DNA of 64,000 bases. Source: Leucoraja ocellata. Taxonomy: Eukaryota. Numbering within the stretch: the first letter of the stretch is position 1; every line of letters begins with the position of its first letter. The stretch spans positions 8,370,001-8,434,000 of the forward strand of contig JAWMAR010000026.1 in NCBI GenBank assembly GCA_036785375.1, in the 5' to 3' direction. The position numbers and the translations under genes were made by a program. Positions 50,971-63,871 of this stretch are shown piece after piece. Under the pieces are notes generated by a model. The model was not told where the DNA came from. It made no database searches and was given only the letters and a program-made list of their open reading frames with translations.

Positions 50971-52476
50971 CGAATCTTTAGATTCTGGAGTAGTTCCTGA
51001 AGATTGGCGGGTAGCAAACGTAACCCCACTTTTTAAGAAGGGAGGGAGAGAGAAAATGGGGAATTACAGACCAGTTAGTCTAACATCGGTAGTGGGGAAA
51101 CTGCTAGAGTCAGTTATTAAAGATGGGATAGCAGCACATTTGGAAAGTGGTGAAATCATTGGACAAAGTCAGCATGGATTTACGAAAGGTAAATCATGTC
51201 TGACGAATCTTATAGAATTTTTCGAGGATGTAACTAGTAGCGTGGATAGGGGAGAACCAGTGCATGTGGTGTATCTGGACTTCCAGAAGGCTTTCGACAA
51301 GGTCCCACATAAGAGATTAGTATACAAACTTAAAGCACAAGGCATTGGGGGTTCAGTATTGATGTGGATAGAGAACTGGCTGGCAAACAGGAAGCAAAGA
51401 GTAGGAGTAAACGGGTCCTTTTTCACAATGGCAGGCAGTGACTAGTGGGGTACCCCAAGGCTCAGTACTGGGACCCCAGCTATTTACAATATATATTAAT
51501 GATCTGGATGAGGGAATTGAAGGCAATATCTCCAAGTTTGCGGATGACACTAAGCTGGGGGGCAGTGTTAGCTGTGAGGAGGATGCTAGGAGACTGCAGG
51601 GTGACTTGGATAGGCTGGGTGAGTGGGCAAATGTTTGGCAGATGCAGTATAATGTGGATAAATGTGAGGTTATCCATTTTGGTGGCAAAAACAGGAAAGC
51701 AGACTATTATCTAAATGGTGGCCGATTGGGAAAGGGGGAGATGCAGCGAGACCTGGGTGTCATGGTACACCAGTCATTGAAGGTAGGCATGCAGGTGCAG
51801 CAGGCAGTAAAGAAAGCGAATGGTATGTTAGCTTTCATTGCAAAAGGATTTGAGTATAGGAGCAGGGAGGTTCTACTGCAGTTGTACAGGGTCTTGGTGA
51901 GACCACACCTGGAGTATTGCGTACAGTTTTGGTCTCCAAATCTGAGGAAGGACATTATTGCCATCGAGGGAGTGCAGAGACGGTTCACCAGACTGATTCC
52001 TGGGATGTCAGGACTGTCTTATGAAGAAAGACTGGATAGACTTGGTTTATACTCTCTAGAATTTAGAAGATTGAGAGGGGATCTTATAGAAACTTACAAA
52101 ATTCTTAAGGGGTTGGACAGGCTAGATGCAGGAAGATTGTTCCCGATGTTAGGGAAGTCCAGGACAAGGGGTCACAGCTTAAGGATAAAGGGGGAATCCT
52201 TTAAAACCGAGATGAGAAGAACTTTTTTCACACAGAGAGTGGTGAATCTCTGGAACTCTCTGCCACAGAGGGTAGTTGAGGCCAGTTCATTGGCTATATT
52301 TAAGAGGGAGTTAGATGTGGCCCTTGTGGCTAAGGGGATCAGGGGGTATGGAGAGAAGGCAGGTACGGGATACTGAGTTGGATGATCAGCCATGATCATA
52401 TTGAATGGCGGTGCAGGCTCGAAGGGCCGAATGGCCTACTCCTGCACCTAATTTCTATGTTTCTATGTTTCTATGT
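50971..52476 (+). mobile_element. Young 5'-truncated CR1 LINE; RT domain intact except for one frameshift
   Basis: ORFs 51056-51445 and 51438-52376 (QHGFTKGKSCLTNL, GVPQGSVLGP, KFADDTK) are separated by one extra T in 51419-51423; (tttctatg)3 tail. Confidence 0.96.
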
Positions 52477-53729
52477 TTACAGATAACATGAAAGATTATA
52501 GCCAACTCATTGCTTTTATCCTTTAAGATGACCCTGAATAGACACTTGCGAGAAAATACGTTTCAAGGCTTTCAGATAGCAACTAAGGGTGGAATTAGAG
52601 GCATTACGTTATTGGAACCGACTTAGATTTGGTAGGATTCCATTTTCCTCGTGACCAGAAATTTGGGATAATTAATTTTACTCATTGATTTTATATGTTG
52701 TTGATTCACTGCAAGGCCCATTTCACTGCCCATCCCTAAACATCAAGGTCAGCTGCGGGAAGCGCCCGCGGGTCTGGCGAAGGGAGAGATGTCGGTTCAC
52801 GACCAAACCCGTCAAGGGCAATGGAGGAGGCACTGCAACAGATTGGGGCACACTTCGCCTCATCTGGATCGGGTGCGCTCCCATGCATCCAGCATGTGGA
52901 CTTCCGTCTTTTTCTTTTTGTAAGAGGCGCCAAAACATGGTGACTGTGTGTGTGTGAGTTGTGCAAAAATAATTTGACTGTGCAATGCATACGTGAAAAT
53001 AAAGAACAATTGAACCATTGAAACACAAATCACAACTGGCCTGCTAATAGCGTTGTCATAGTGTTATTGGGTGCTCCAGCAATTAGATATAACGACAATG
53101 GGCTAATCTTAATCTACTTCCAAATTACATATTCTGTGGTTTGCAGAGGTGGATGTGACGTAGTCAGCCCAGCACAGGCAAGTAACGTTACGTACGTTAT
53201 AGATGGTATACGCTGTTTGGGAAACGGCATATTGAAAACCGACCAATGAGCAGAATGGATGTGTTTTCAAATTGGAATGTAAATGCAAGTACTTGGCTGC
53301 ACAGATCTGCAATTTAATTCAAAAGGTAATTAGTTCCAGATTACAAATCATTGGACTGCAGACTGGATGTTTTCTGGTTCCTCATTCTTTGCGCCATCAT
53401 GTGCACTAAACCTTTTCTTTAGATCACGCAGAATGATTGGGATTGTCAGGTTGTCGAGGATTTCAGAAAGGAAATTAAGGTGGACCATGCGCTGGCAACA
53501 CTGACGAAGCCTGGTTGTAGATTCTTTAACATTCAATTCTGCATTCACCTCCTTGCTTCAGCCATCCTTGTTATTGGTTCTGTTCTTGAACCCTTCTCCA
53601 TTAACCAGTCATCACCAGAAGAACGTGGAACTGATCCCAGAACCCACCACATCAATGACTCACGACCTAAAACAAGACACTGGGAACTTTGCTTTTAAGG
53701 CTGACTACGCCTCCGGATTCAAAGAAGCA

Positions 53730-53905
53730 TAGGACATAGAGACATAGAAAACAGGTGCAGGGGTAGGCCATTCGGCCCTTTGAGCCAGCACCGCCATTCA
53801 ATATGATCATGGCTAATCATCCAAAATCAGTACCCCGTTCCGACTTCCCCCCCATATCCCTTGATTCCCTTAGCCCCAACAGTTAAATCTAACTCACTCT
53901 TGAAA
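53730..53905 (-). mobile_element. CR1 3' tail fragment
   Basis: Reverse complement of the CR1 3' UTR seen at 52310-52470. Confidence 0.8.
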
Positions 53906-54395
53906 GCGAGCACATGAGAAGCAAAAATCTGCGAGGGAATATATGACCACTGTTGGTGGAAGATAGTTGTGAGGGCAGAAGGCACCAGATAACATTGGCG
54001 CCGTTTTCAACAGTTCCCTTATTTTCTTGAGAAATGCCGGTGTCTTGAGTCACTGTATTTTCACATAGGTCGACCCTGGACCCCACATTCGCGACGATCA
54101 GTACGAGGATATTGCTCAATAGATTACATAGATTACATGGCAGCAATTTCTAGCTGCATTGAATTTCTGTAGTTGTTCAGCAAATGCTTTGTGAAGTTTT
54201 CGGAAACGTGTGAGCGGCCACTAACTTCACCTTTGCTCCGCGTCAGTGCGCAGAGAGGCAGCTCATGCATGAGATGAGCATGAGCAGACTCACTTTCCGG
54301 CACACCCACTGAACCCAAGCATACTCGCGGTATTCCTCGCTCACTATTTATTCGACACTTGTTTCAGTCGACTGTTCTCTGCAGTTTTGCCGTGA

Positions 54396-54447
54396 ATGAT
54401 GACACGTGTCTTACTGCAATTGATTGTTCTTCACATCAGCTGCGCCG
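54396..54447 (+). CDS. IgSF receptor exon 1: signal peptide MMTRVLLQLIVLHISCA
   Basis: ATG, hydrophobic core, phase-1 donor G|gtatat and a 171-nt intron to the V exon; typical split-leader layout. Confidence 0.82.
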
Positions 54448-54618
54448 GTATATTTTACTCTTGCTATAGACAGTCCGACCGAAAGTTAATTATCAATTTA
54501 TATGTTTGCTGATCCTTTATCTTTATTTATTTTCTCCTTTCGTGCAATTTTCAATTAATTTGGTCAATACCTCGCTTTAATCCTAAACCTTATAGTTTGA
54601 TTTTTCGTTTCCCGACAG

Positions 54619-54930
54619 CCGGTGGCGATGGTCCGTTGACCGTAACACAAGTTCCAGAAGCAGTTTTGATGCGGGGTGACTCGGCAGTGCTTTACTGCAT
54701 TTATCCAATCTTCTCAGACAACAAGCTGTACACAGTGCATTGGTGGAGAGATGGGGATAATAGATTCCTGGATGAAAGTGCAGATAGACGAATCCAGTTT
54801 TATTTCCTGAGAGGGGGAAGCGCTGTCTTACGGATGGAGGACGTGACAGTGAAGGACGCCGGGCTCTATTTCTGCAGCTTGACACGTTCCGAAATTTTAA
54901 ACGGGACTGGTACAAAGCTGGTAGTTTACG
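54619..54930 (+). CDS. IgSF receptor exon 2: V-set domain with germline-joined J-like G strand (VJ domain)
   Basis: Acceptor tttcgtttcccgacag, donor G|gtgagt, phase 1->1. Motifs: LTVTQVP, B-strand L-Y-C, C-strand W (VHWWR), D-A-G-L-Y-F-C, and G-T-G-T-K-L-V-V. Confidence 0.93.
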
Positions 54931-54974
54931 GTGAGTTTCGGGGAGAGGAGTGAGCCAGATCGGTCAACTTCAAC

Positions 54975-55292
54975 TGTTGGAGGAAAACAGAACCAGGGGC
55001 CACAGTTTAAGAATAAAGAGTAAGCCATTTAGAACGGAGACGAATAAATACTTTTTCACACAGAGAGTTGTGAGTCTGTGGAATTCTCTGCCTCAGAGGG
55101 TGATGGAGGCCGGTCCTCTGGATGCTTTCAAGAGAGAGCAAGATATGGCTCTTAAAGATAGCAGTCAGGGGATATGGGGAGAAGGCAGGAACGAGGTACT
55201 GATTGGAGATGATCAGCCGTGATCACATTGAATGGCGGTGCTGGCTCAAAGGGCCGAATGGCTAACTCCTGCACATACTGTCTACTGTCTAT
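54975..55292 (+). mobile_element. CR1 3' fragment in intron 2 of the IgSF gene
   Basis: RTRGHSLRIK...FFTQRVVSLWNSLPQR. Confidence 0.88.
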
Positions 55293-56285
55293 TCACCAAC
55301 TAAAAGCGATTAGCTCAATCAAGTTAAAGAAATTGCGCTTTCTTCATCATCTGTGTGCTTTGAAATAATATGATTTTTGTGATGGGTTAGATAGTATTTT
55401 TGACGCAATTACCAACGAATCCGAATAGACGTATTGAGAGAGTAAATGATGCCTTCCACACCTTCTGCTTGACAGAATTAAAACACCTTTCGCGTATATT
55501 TTAGAATTGCTTCAACGCCGAGGGAAGGTTGTTACTGAAACCAACAACACACGATACAGGTAGTTGAGAGTGAAAGTATGCAGGGTTCCGAATGTGGTAC
55601 TGATCAAGGAGATTTTTTAATTGATTTCTTTGGACCTGTCACATTTTTTTAAATCTAAATTGTAAGGAATTTCAGAATTATAGAATCATACAACACAACA
55701 ACTGGCCCGTTCTGCCCACGTCGTCTCTGCCGACCGTGCTACTTATATATGTTGATGGCGTTTGCCTGCATTAGGACCATATTCCTCTATAACGCTTCTC
55801 CGTAATTACCAGTCTAACGCGATTTAAATGTTATTATTGTACTGCACCCTCTTCTGTGACAGATGTTCCAAGTGTGCAAACCTTCCTCGTTTACATTTTC
55901 CACTTTTACCTAAAAACCGTGCCTCATAGTGCGTGATTCCACTATGAGGCGGGGGGGGGGGGGGGGGCTCCGTCTGTGTGGCCCCGATATTTAAAAAAAA
56001 TAACCTTTTACAAGGTTACTCTTCTCCCTCCTATGTTCTACTGAGAATAAACCAAGTTCACCAAATGTCTCGTTTTTTATTCATCATCTGTGTCTCGTTA
56101 TAACTAGGCCCCTCTATTTCAGTCAACATTCTGGTGAACTTCCTTTGCACTTGCTCAATTGGTACCATGTTAATCCGTTGTATAAGTTTGGTCACATTTC
56201 TGATTGTTCCGGGTGCTACTTGAAATTATATAGGAGCCGTGAAGCGAGTCAGTCATTGAGGGATAAAGATCTGTATTGTTACATT

Positions 56286-56418
56286 TAGTCTGAAGAAGGG
56301 TCTCGACCCGAAACGTCAACTACTCATTTTATCCAGAGATGCTGTCTGACCCGCTGGTTACTACAGCTTTTTATGTCTACCTTCGGCTTAAACCAGCATC
56401 TCTAGTTCCTTCCTACAC
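56286..56418 (+). mobile_element. Penelope-derived short repeat with hammerhead ribozyme core and 11-bp TSD
   Basis: TSD ATTGTTACATT (56275-56285, 56419-56429); CTGAAGA-A-GGGTC-TC-GACCC-GAAA-CGTC at 56290-56317. Confidence 0.8.
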
Positions 56419-57370
56419 ATTGTTACATTAACATATATTTTCCGTTAACTTTCCACTTATGATTGTAGCGATAGCAGCAATGGAAATAGAATTAAGATCA
56501 TGTAGATATTGAAAACGGTTTGTTTTTAAATGGTGCAAATGTACATGTAGTTTGAATCTCCAGCCTACATTTTGGGCGGCTTACGCAGACGCTGATCACT
56601 GTTTGAGCTATTGTAAATGGATGGGGTAGTGACATTTTCATGTATGAATGTCATTGATATCGTCTCAGAGGCCTTTACATACCATCCAAAATTCTTAAGG
56701 CAATGTGATGGTGCTGGGATAATTGTGCTCGAAGTAAGGCAATACCTTCTTCTGTGCTTAATGGAACTCTAAATAGCGAGCTGTTCCCTCTGGTCCAGAT
56801 GTACAATATGTTTTCACACATTTTTCTGACCTTGTAAATTAAAGCTTTTTTTTTAACCTCAAGTTACTTCTGAATAAACCTTCTGCCCGAGTTAGTTATT
56901 TGAACAACGAGAAAGAATATATTTGTAAAATTTGGATAGTCGAGCTGTTATTATTGATTACATTTTGTACAATTAACACAAAATTATAATCAAAATCGCG
57001 AAGACGATTAAAAAAAATCAAGTTAATGCTTTGGCTCCTAATGTCCCTGCACAGAGCGGAACGCATCATTTACATGCGCTGCCAGTAGTAGCGGAAGCGC
57101 CATATTTATGAAGTAAGGTGTACAATATACCACAATTGTAAAATCAAGGCATACGACGACGAGGATTAAAAGGAAGGAAATTAGTCGTTAGATAATACCA
57201 CAACAAGGAAAATACTTAACAGTTTGAAATCACTGTAAGTGCATTGGTTATAAAACCAGACTGAAAACAAATATAATTCAATTAAGATTTTTTTCGAGGT
57301 TGCAATGAAATTTGATTCGTCACGAATTACGGGACTGGTGAAATATTTTTTAAATCGTTTTATTTTCCAG

Positions 57371-57673
57371 ACCCCCCAACTCCTCTGAGCTTGACCACCA
57401 TGCTGCCGGAGAACACATCGGTTTCTCTGATTCTCGTTTGTAAAACAGCAACGTTCTTTCCTCTTGATCTGAATATTACTTGGTACAAAAATGGGTCAGA
57501 TATTATACAGAAGATTGAGCCAAACAAAACGCAGACTTCAGCAGGACTGTACGAAGCTTGGAGCAGCCTGACCGAGACAGACGATGTGGAGAGCGGGACA
57601 GTTTATACCTGCCAGGTGTCTCATATTTCTCTTCCGAATCCAACCAATATCAGTTATACTTTCTACAGTCGAG
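57371..57673 (+). CDS. IgSF receptor exon 3: C1-set domain (D)PPTPLSL...LVCKTATFFPLDLNITWYKNG...YTCQVSHISLPNPTNISYTFYSR
   Basis: Acceptor ttttattttccag, donor G|gtaaga; 303 nt, phase 1->1. C1-set signatures L-x-C...F-F-P...I-T-W and Y-x-C-x-V-x-H-x-S-L. Confidence 0.93.
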
Positions 57674-57989
57674 GTAAGAATAACGATACATTTTCAGTGC
57701 AATTTGGCCACATATCCATTATTACCTCCGGAAAAGGTGTGGTTAATAAACCAAATTGTCCATTTAGCACCGTTGACACGTGTGTACCACAACAATGGGC
57801 GATGTTGGGACAAACGTCCATACTTGTGTGTGTCTCATGAACGTTATACTCATGAAAGTATATTTTCGTGCCAAAACACCACGCTATGGTAAGATCAGGA
57901 GTAATTGGACTTACATATTCTGGAGACAGAGGTGGTTGGCTGGGCCTCCCCCCCCCCCCCCCTAGTGTACAGGAGGCTGAACGTAAAAC

Positions 57990-59240
57990 ATACAATAGTA
58001 CCGCACAGGAGAGGTCCCTTCATCCATGATTGCACACAACATGATGTCTCATCTGCCTGTAGGTGATCCATATCCCTCGATTCCATGTGCCAACTGCAGA
58101 TGCTGGTTTACACCAAAGATAGACACAAAATGCTCGAATAACTCAGCGTGACAGACAGCATCTCTGGATAGAAGGAATGGGTGACGTTTTGGGTCACGAT
58201 CCTTCCTCGTGTGCCTGTCTAACATCCTCCTAAACGCCACTACAGTATCCGTCTCCACCACCACCCCTCGCAATTCGTCCCACGATCTCAATACACTTAG
58301 TAAAAGTCTTGCCACGCACATCTCCAAGAAACCTTCCCCATCTCAGCTTAGAGCTATGCAGTCTAAGAATGGCAATGTCAAGCCCTGGAGAATGAATCTG
58401 ATGGTCTACCATATCTACGCCTCCTAAAGTTATTCAGGTCGACCTTTTGCATTCCGTAAAAACCTCTTAATTGTCATTATTGTTCCTTTGTATCTTGGTA
58501 TCTTTATCCACTACCACGTCTGGCAGCACATTCCAGGCACCAACCACGCTCTGTGCATAGCACTTGCTCGGCATCTCTTCTTTAAACTTGTCCATCCAAC
58601 CTAAACCTACTCTAGTCGTTTTTACACCAATAAAGGCTCTGACCAGTCGTGCCACTCATAATTTTATATACTTCCATCCAGAATCCTTTCAGCCTGCACT
58701 GCTCTGGAAAAGACAATCAAATCTGTTCTAACCTCTCCTTGTACCCAATACCCTCCAATCTAGACAGCATCCTGGTTAAAGGCAGCATTGTGGCGCTGAT
58801 AATGGAGGGAGCTGTCGACGGAGCCAAGACCCGTTTGTACATCAATGCTGTTTACTGTATGCGCCCACCCTACATTCGACCTCCCAAAGTGCTACACCTC
58901 ACGCTACCTCGGATAAAACTCCATCTGTCATTTGTCCACCAATTTCTGTAGCTGATATATATTTCCACTGTATCCTTTGACAGCCCTGCTGGATGTCCGC
59001 AACTTCGCCCATTTTGGCATCGTTTGCAAACATACGCATGAACTCATCTACGTTTACATCCAAGTCATTCATATAGAAATCACAAACATTGATCCTGGTA
59101 GAAGTGCACTTATCACAGAGCTCCAACCAGAACACTCTTCTACCTCAACTCTCTGTCTTGTTTGAGTAAGCCAGTTCTGAATCCATACCACCAAGTCACC
59201 CTGAATCCGATCCATCTCAATTTTCTGGATCAGCCTGTCC
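57990..59240 (-). mobile_element. Old CR1 fragments with a nested Penelope-derived repeat (~58093-58200)
   Basis: YMNDLD...MFANDAK and VVWIQNWL remnants in minus-strand ORFs. Confidence 0.7.
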
Positions 59241-60576
59241 TGCCGTGGACTAAGCCAAGGTGACTGACCGCAATTAATCAATTTTCTGCCAATAAATCCA
59301 ATCCTGAATTATATTCTTCAATAAATTCCCTTTCACTGACGAACCATTCCCCATGTTACTATGCTTCCCAACCAGTCTTGTATATTTCCCTTAGCCGTCT
59401 ACAATGGAATCTACAGTTAAAATTCCAAGATTTTCCAGCATATCTTAATGGATGGACAATAATTATTGATTAGCCAAGACAACTACGAAAACAGAAATGA
59501 TCGCATTGGAATTTGCAAGACCTTGCTTTGTTGAAACTGCGCGCTTCCTTCCCCGCTACACATCACGTACTTCTACATTCTTCATATGGCCTCGCCTATG
59601 GTGCAAATAACCTCCTGCCATATTACGTTGGATTCACCCGGCCTGTAATTTACTCTTCCAATGGATTCCTCCAGATTTGCACTGGAATTTATTCTCCCCA
59701 TGCGACCAAGCCGATCAGCACCCAGCGAGATTCTTTAAACTTTACAAGTGATTCACTCATGCCTGTTGAAGGATTTCTAAACTTGTCGAGGTAAAGGGGG
59801 CGGTGGATGGCACCATTTCACCGAGTACTGATGTGTGTCCTTCGCTTAATTGCCATTATTCTTGATCCTTTATCCTCTCCATATTTTTCTTTTTACATCG
59901 AGCCTTAATCCCAAGCATGAAGATTTCGCAGCATTGGTTATAATCGGCATTTTAAAATGAATGATGGTCCGCAATTCCAAGATCACTGACACTATTTGTT
60001 AGAATTCAATTTGCAATGAATTCCAATGTACTTTGCAAAAACATGGCAGGTTCCGCCCACGCGTAAACGAATCTATCAAATGGTTTCAATTTAATAGATT
60101 CTCTGAGACATTTGAACATTTATTTTGTCATGGTGACCTGAATCAAGTACACAGGACAAGATGTTAAGAAGTCCCTTGTGCCAATAGGTGGGGAGCATTT
60201 CACGACATTCGTTGACTGTTGAGAGTAGTAGACGCTCAACATCGGTGGGGGGGGGGGGGGGGGGGGATACGTATACCTTGGCCTGATCTACCATTGGCAT
60301 AATTTAAGAAATTTTTGCAAATATTTTGAGGACACGCTGTTTCCTGCCCGAATAATGGACATTGCTTGTACATTGGAAACTCTTGTATATAATGGAGAAA
60401 ATCTAACAACCAAGTTATAAAATTAAATATAGCCACAAAAAGCTGGAGTAACTCAACGGGACACGCAGCATCTCCGGAGCGAAGGAATGGGTGACGTTTC
60501 GGGTCGAGACCTTTTTTCAGACCCGACCCGAAACGTCATCCATTCCTTCTCTCCAGAGATGCTGCCTGTTCCGCTG

Positions 60577-61571
60577 GGGTGCCTCAGGGATCTGTGTTGG
60601 GTCCTTCGTTGTTTGTCATGTACATCAATGATCTGGATGAAGGTGTGGTAAATTGGATTAGCAAGTATGGAGATGATACCAAGATAGGGGGTGTTGTGGA
60701 TAATGAAGAGGATTTCCAAAGTCTACAGAGTGATTTAGGCCATTTGGAAGAATGGGCTGAAAATTGGCAGATAAATGTGAGGTGCTACACCTTGGCAGGA
60801 CAAATCAAAATAGGACGTACATGGTAAATGGTGGGGAATTGAAGAATACAGTTGAACAGAGGGATCTGGGAATAACCGTGCATAGTTCCTTGAAGGTGGA
60901 ATCTCATATAGATAGGGTGGTAAAGAAAGCTTTTGGTATGCTAGACTTCATAAATCAGAGCATTGAGTATAGAAGCTGGGATGTAATGTTAACATTGTAC
61001 AAGGCATTGGTGAGACTAAATCTGGAGTATGGTGTACAATTTTGGTCGCCCAATTATAGGAAGGATGTCAACAAAATAGAGAGAGTACAGAGGAGATTTA
61101 CTAGAATGTTGCCTGGGTTTCAACAACTAAGTTACAGAGAAAGGTAGAATAAGTTAGGTCTTTATTCTCTGGAGCGCAGAAGGTTAAGGGGGGACTTGAT
61201 AGAGGTCTTTAAAATAATGAGAGGGATAGACAGAGTTGATGTGGACCAGCTTTTCCCTTTGAGAATAGGGAAGATTCAAACAAGAGGACATGACTTCAGA
61301 ATTACGGGACAGAAGTTTAGGGGTAACATGAGGGGGAACTTCTTTACTCAGATAGTGGTAGCGGTGTGGAATGAGCTTCCAGTGGAAGTGGTGGAGGCAG
61401 GTTCGTTGGTATCATTTAAAATGAATTGTATAGGCATATGGATGAGAAGGGAATGGAGGGTTATTGTATGAGTGCAGGCAGGTGGGACTAAGGGTAAAAA
61501 GTTGTTCGGCATGGACTTGTAGGGCCGAGATGGCCTGTTTCCGTGCTGTAATTGTTATATGGTTATATGGT
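60577..61571 (+). mobile_element. CR1 3' fragment inserted in a head-to-head Penelope-derived repeat (~60435-60576 and ~61572-61630)
   Basis: PQGSVLGP...KYGDDTK and C-terminal ORFs; gttatatg tail. The host repeat resumes after the tail. Confidence 0.9.
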
Positions 61572-63113
61572 TACTGCAGTTTTTTTGTGTCTATCTTCGG
61601 TTTAATCAAGCATCTGTAACTCCTTCTTATAAGAGTTATAACATTAATTCGCGTGTGTCTAAATATTGGATAGACTTATTTTGTAAAGAGGTAACAAGAC
61701 ATTTTGAGGAATGATTGCAGTAGCTGACGTCAATGAAGAGTTTTGAATTAAAAAGATTCGACAAAGCTTCAACCAAAATGTTGGTTATTAATGCTGTCGC
61801 TCATAGAATGAAACCAGTCAACTAATCAATAAACAAGCTTTCAAGAAGGCATACGAAGTAATGAAGAGAGTTTTACAGAGAAAAAGCTGGATATAGGATG
61901 TTGCTCTTCAATTATCGGATGGGAAAGCGTGGGTGGAATAAGATTCAGTGCAGTAATCTGTTTATGATTCTTACAAAACTTGTAACCAGACATAAAAGCT
62001 GACCCATGTAAGTTGCCATTTGATGCATTTGAAGTAAAATCAAAAGACAGGCCAGAAAGTGATATGTGCGCGTCCTTTCACTAGAGCTGCGCGTTGTGCC
62101 GTCCCAAACCATTGCATATTTTACGTGTTAATGGGCCTCTTGACAAATTTAATCGATTCGTTACCGCAAATCAATAAAACCATTCATGGAATGTTTCTTG
62201 TGTTTGAGGAAGATATCGTGAATCTGCTGCCATGCCTAACCCCTCCAGGTTGCTCACTGATATTCTAAGTCAAAGGAGCATTTTCGTCTGTGTTCTGTAT
62301 GGATTTTCGATGGTCGCCGTGCCATCCTGAATACAGCGGACGTCAATTCGCCTTTGGAAGTAGACTACGAGGTCATGCACATCATTAGAATGGACGGTTC
62401 CAAAAAATCGGGTTCCATCGATACTCTGGATTTAAAAAACAAATGATTATGTGTTTCTGTGTTGTACAGCACATCATTTGTCACGAATGGTATTTCCACT
62501 GTTCAGTCACAGCGAGCGAAATCTACCTTCGATTTTCCTACCACTCTCTTGAAATTAATTTTATTTGGGATCGGATTTCACAGCAAATTTCAACTTCCTT
62601 AATTACATTCCCAATATTCCATGAATACTGCATCGTCTATAATTCTGCCTCGAGCACACCAGGGCCGCCAATAAACGTAATGACGGTGGAGATTTTTTTC
62701 CAGCCACACTGTTGAATCACAAGGTGAAGAGTATATAACTCTTTATCCCTTGCCATTCGTAGACATTCCACAAAACGTCTTGTTGTACCGACACAGCTAT
62801 AAATCAATACTTGTTACGCTCTGCGACCTATCCAAGCTACATACTTATATACTGTTTAGAATTGGTTGCAGGCAAATATTTGGTTCTTCTGCACCTTAAT
62901 GATTCTTTGATCATATGTTATTTACACACAACTGGCATGAGACAAAAATGAAAAAGACAGCAACTGCGTTCATGGGCAATGTTCATGTGTGTTTATTCCC
63001 GTCGACGTCAACTCGATATAAACAAAGACAGAATTATGCTTTTGAAATAGCAGCCTGCCCTATTATTAACACTATAAATATATTACAACTTGTCATTATT
63101 TTATTGTTTACAG

Positions 63114-63212
63114 TTCCATTACCCGATAATCCATTTCATAACTGGATTTATGGTTGCATCGGAGCAGGATTGATACCTCTCATAATCATTATTTTCATTG
63201 TGAAACGGAAAG
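63114..63212 (+). CDS. IgSF receptor exon 4: stalk and transmembrane (V)PLPDNPFHNWIYGCIGAGLIPLIIIIFIVKRK
   Basis: Acceptor ttattgtttacag, donor G|gtaagg; 99 nt, phase 1->1; ~20-aa hydrophobic span followed by a KRK stop-transfer motif. Confidence 0.87.
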
Positions 63213-63289
63213 GTAAGGCTCCTAAACTTTTTGATCTCGAGATTGTTATAAAATTAACCAATCAAAATTCAGCAATACTTTAGTTAGAA

Positions 63290-63450
63290 ATACAGCTCGG
63301 AAACAGGTGATTCGGCCCACCGAGTCGGCGCCGACCAGCGACCCCGTCATAGTTACACTATCGTACACACACTAGGGACAATTTACAGTTATACCAAGCC
63401 ATTTCATCTACAAATCTGTACGTCTTTGGAGAGTGGGAAGAAACGGAGAT
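63290..63450 (-). mobile_element. SINE 3' fragment (HE1-like)
   Basis: Similar to 15085-15240. Confidence 0.7.
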
Positions 63451-63871
63451 GCAGGAGAAAATAATATTGGAGAGTTATATTGGATCGGACACTGCATGCG
63501 TTAGCTGGTCTGTGGTACATACGCCCCATCTCACTGAGTGCATCGTTTCTCGGAAGCTAACTTTTGAGTTAGTCACCGATTTGTTCATGCAGGATAGCTG
63601 CTTGGTGTTTTGGGGCAGGTTGTGGGATAAGGGGTTGAGTGTGAAAAATGGGTCGGTGATGCAGAAACACATTCTGTAATTGAATGTGCTCCGGCTCGTA
63701 GAGGACTAATATCCTGTAGATTTTTAACAATTGGTATCGTGATATTAGTTTTGCTACATACATGTATACAAACTCAAAAGTTTAAAAAAATGTATATGCT
63801 GCCAGATTTACTGGCTACTACGATTCTTTGTAATGGCCAAAAGTTTTGTATTCAAAATTACCTCACTCTAG

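Noticed and set aside
51056-52376. Longest ORF (312 aa) as a host gene or autonomous element
   Set aside because: It is the CR1 reverse transcriptase; the copy is 5'-truncated and lacks ORF1 and endonuclease.
54731-54737. RSS heptamer CACAGTG inside the V exon
   Set aside because: No nonamer at 12 or 23 bp, and it lies near the C strand rather than at the V-J boundary.
54396-63212. Calling the IgSF gene a TCR chain, Ig light chain, NCR3 or SIRPA
   Set aside because: It has a TM (unlike light chains), no charged TM residue or FGxG (unlike TCR), a C1 domain (unlike NCR3) and only one visible C1 (SIRPA has two); no symbol assigned without phylogeny.
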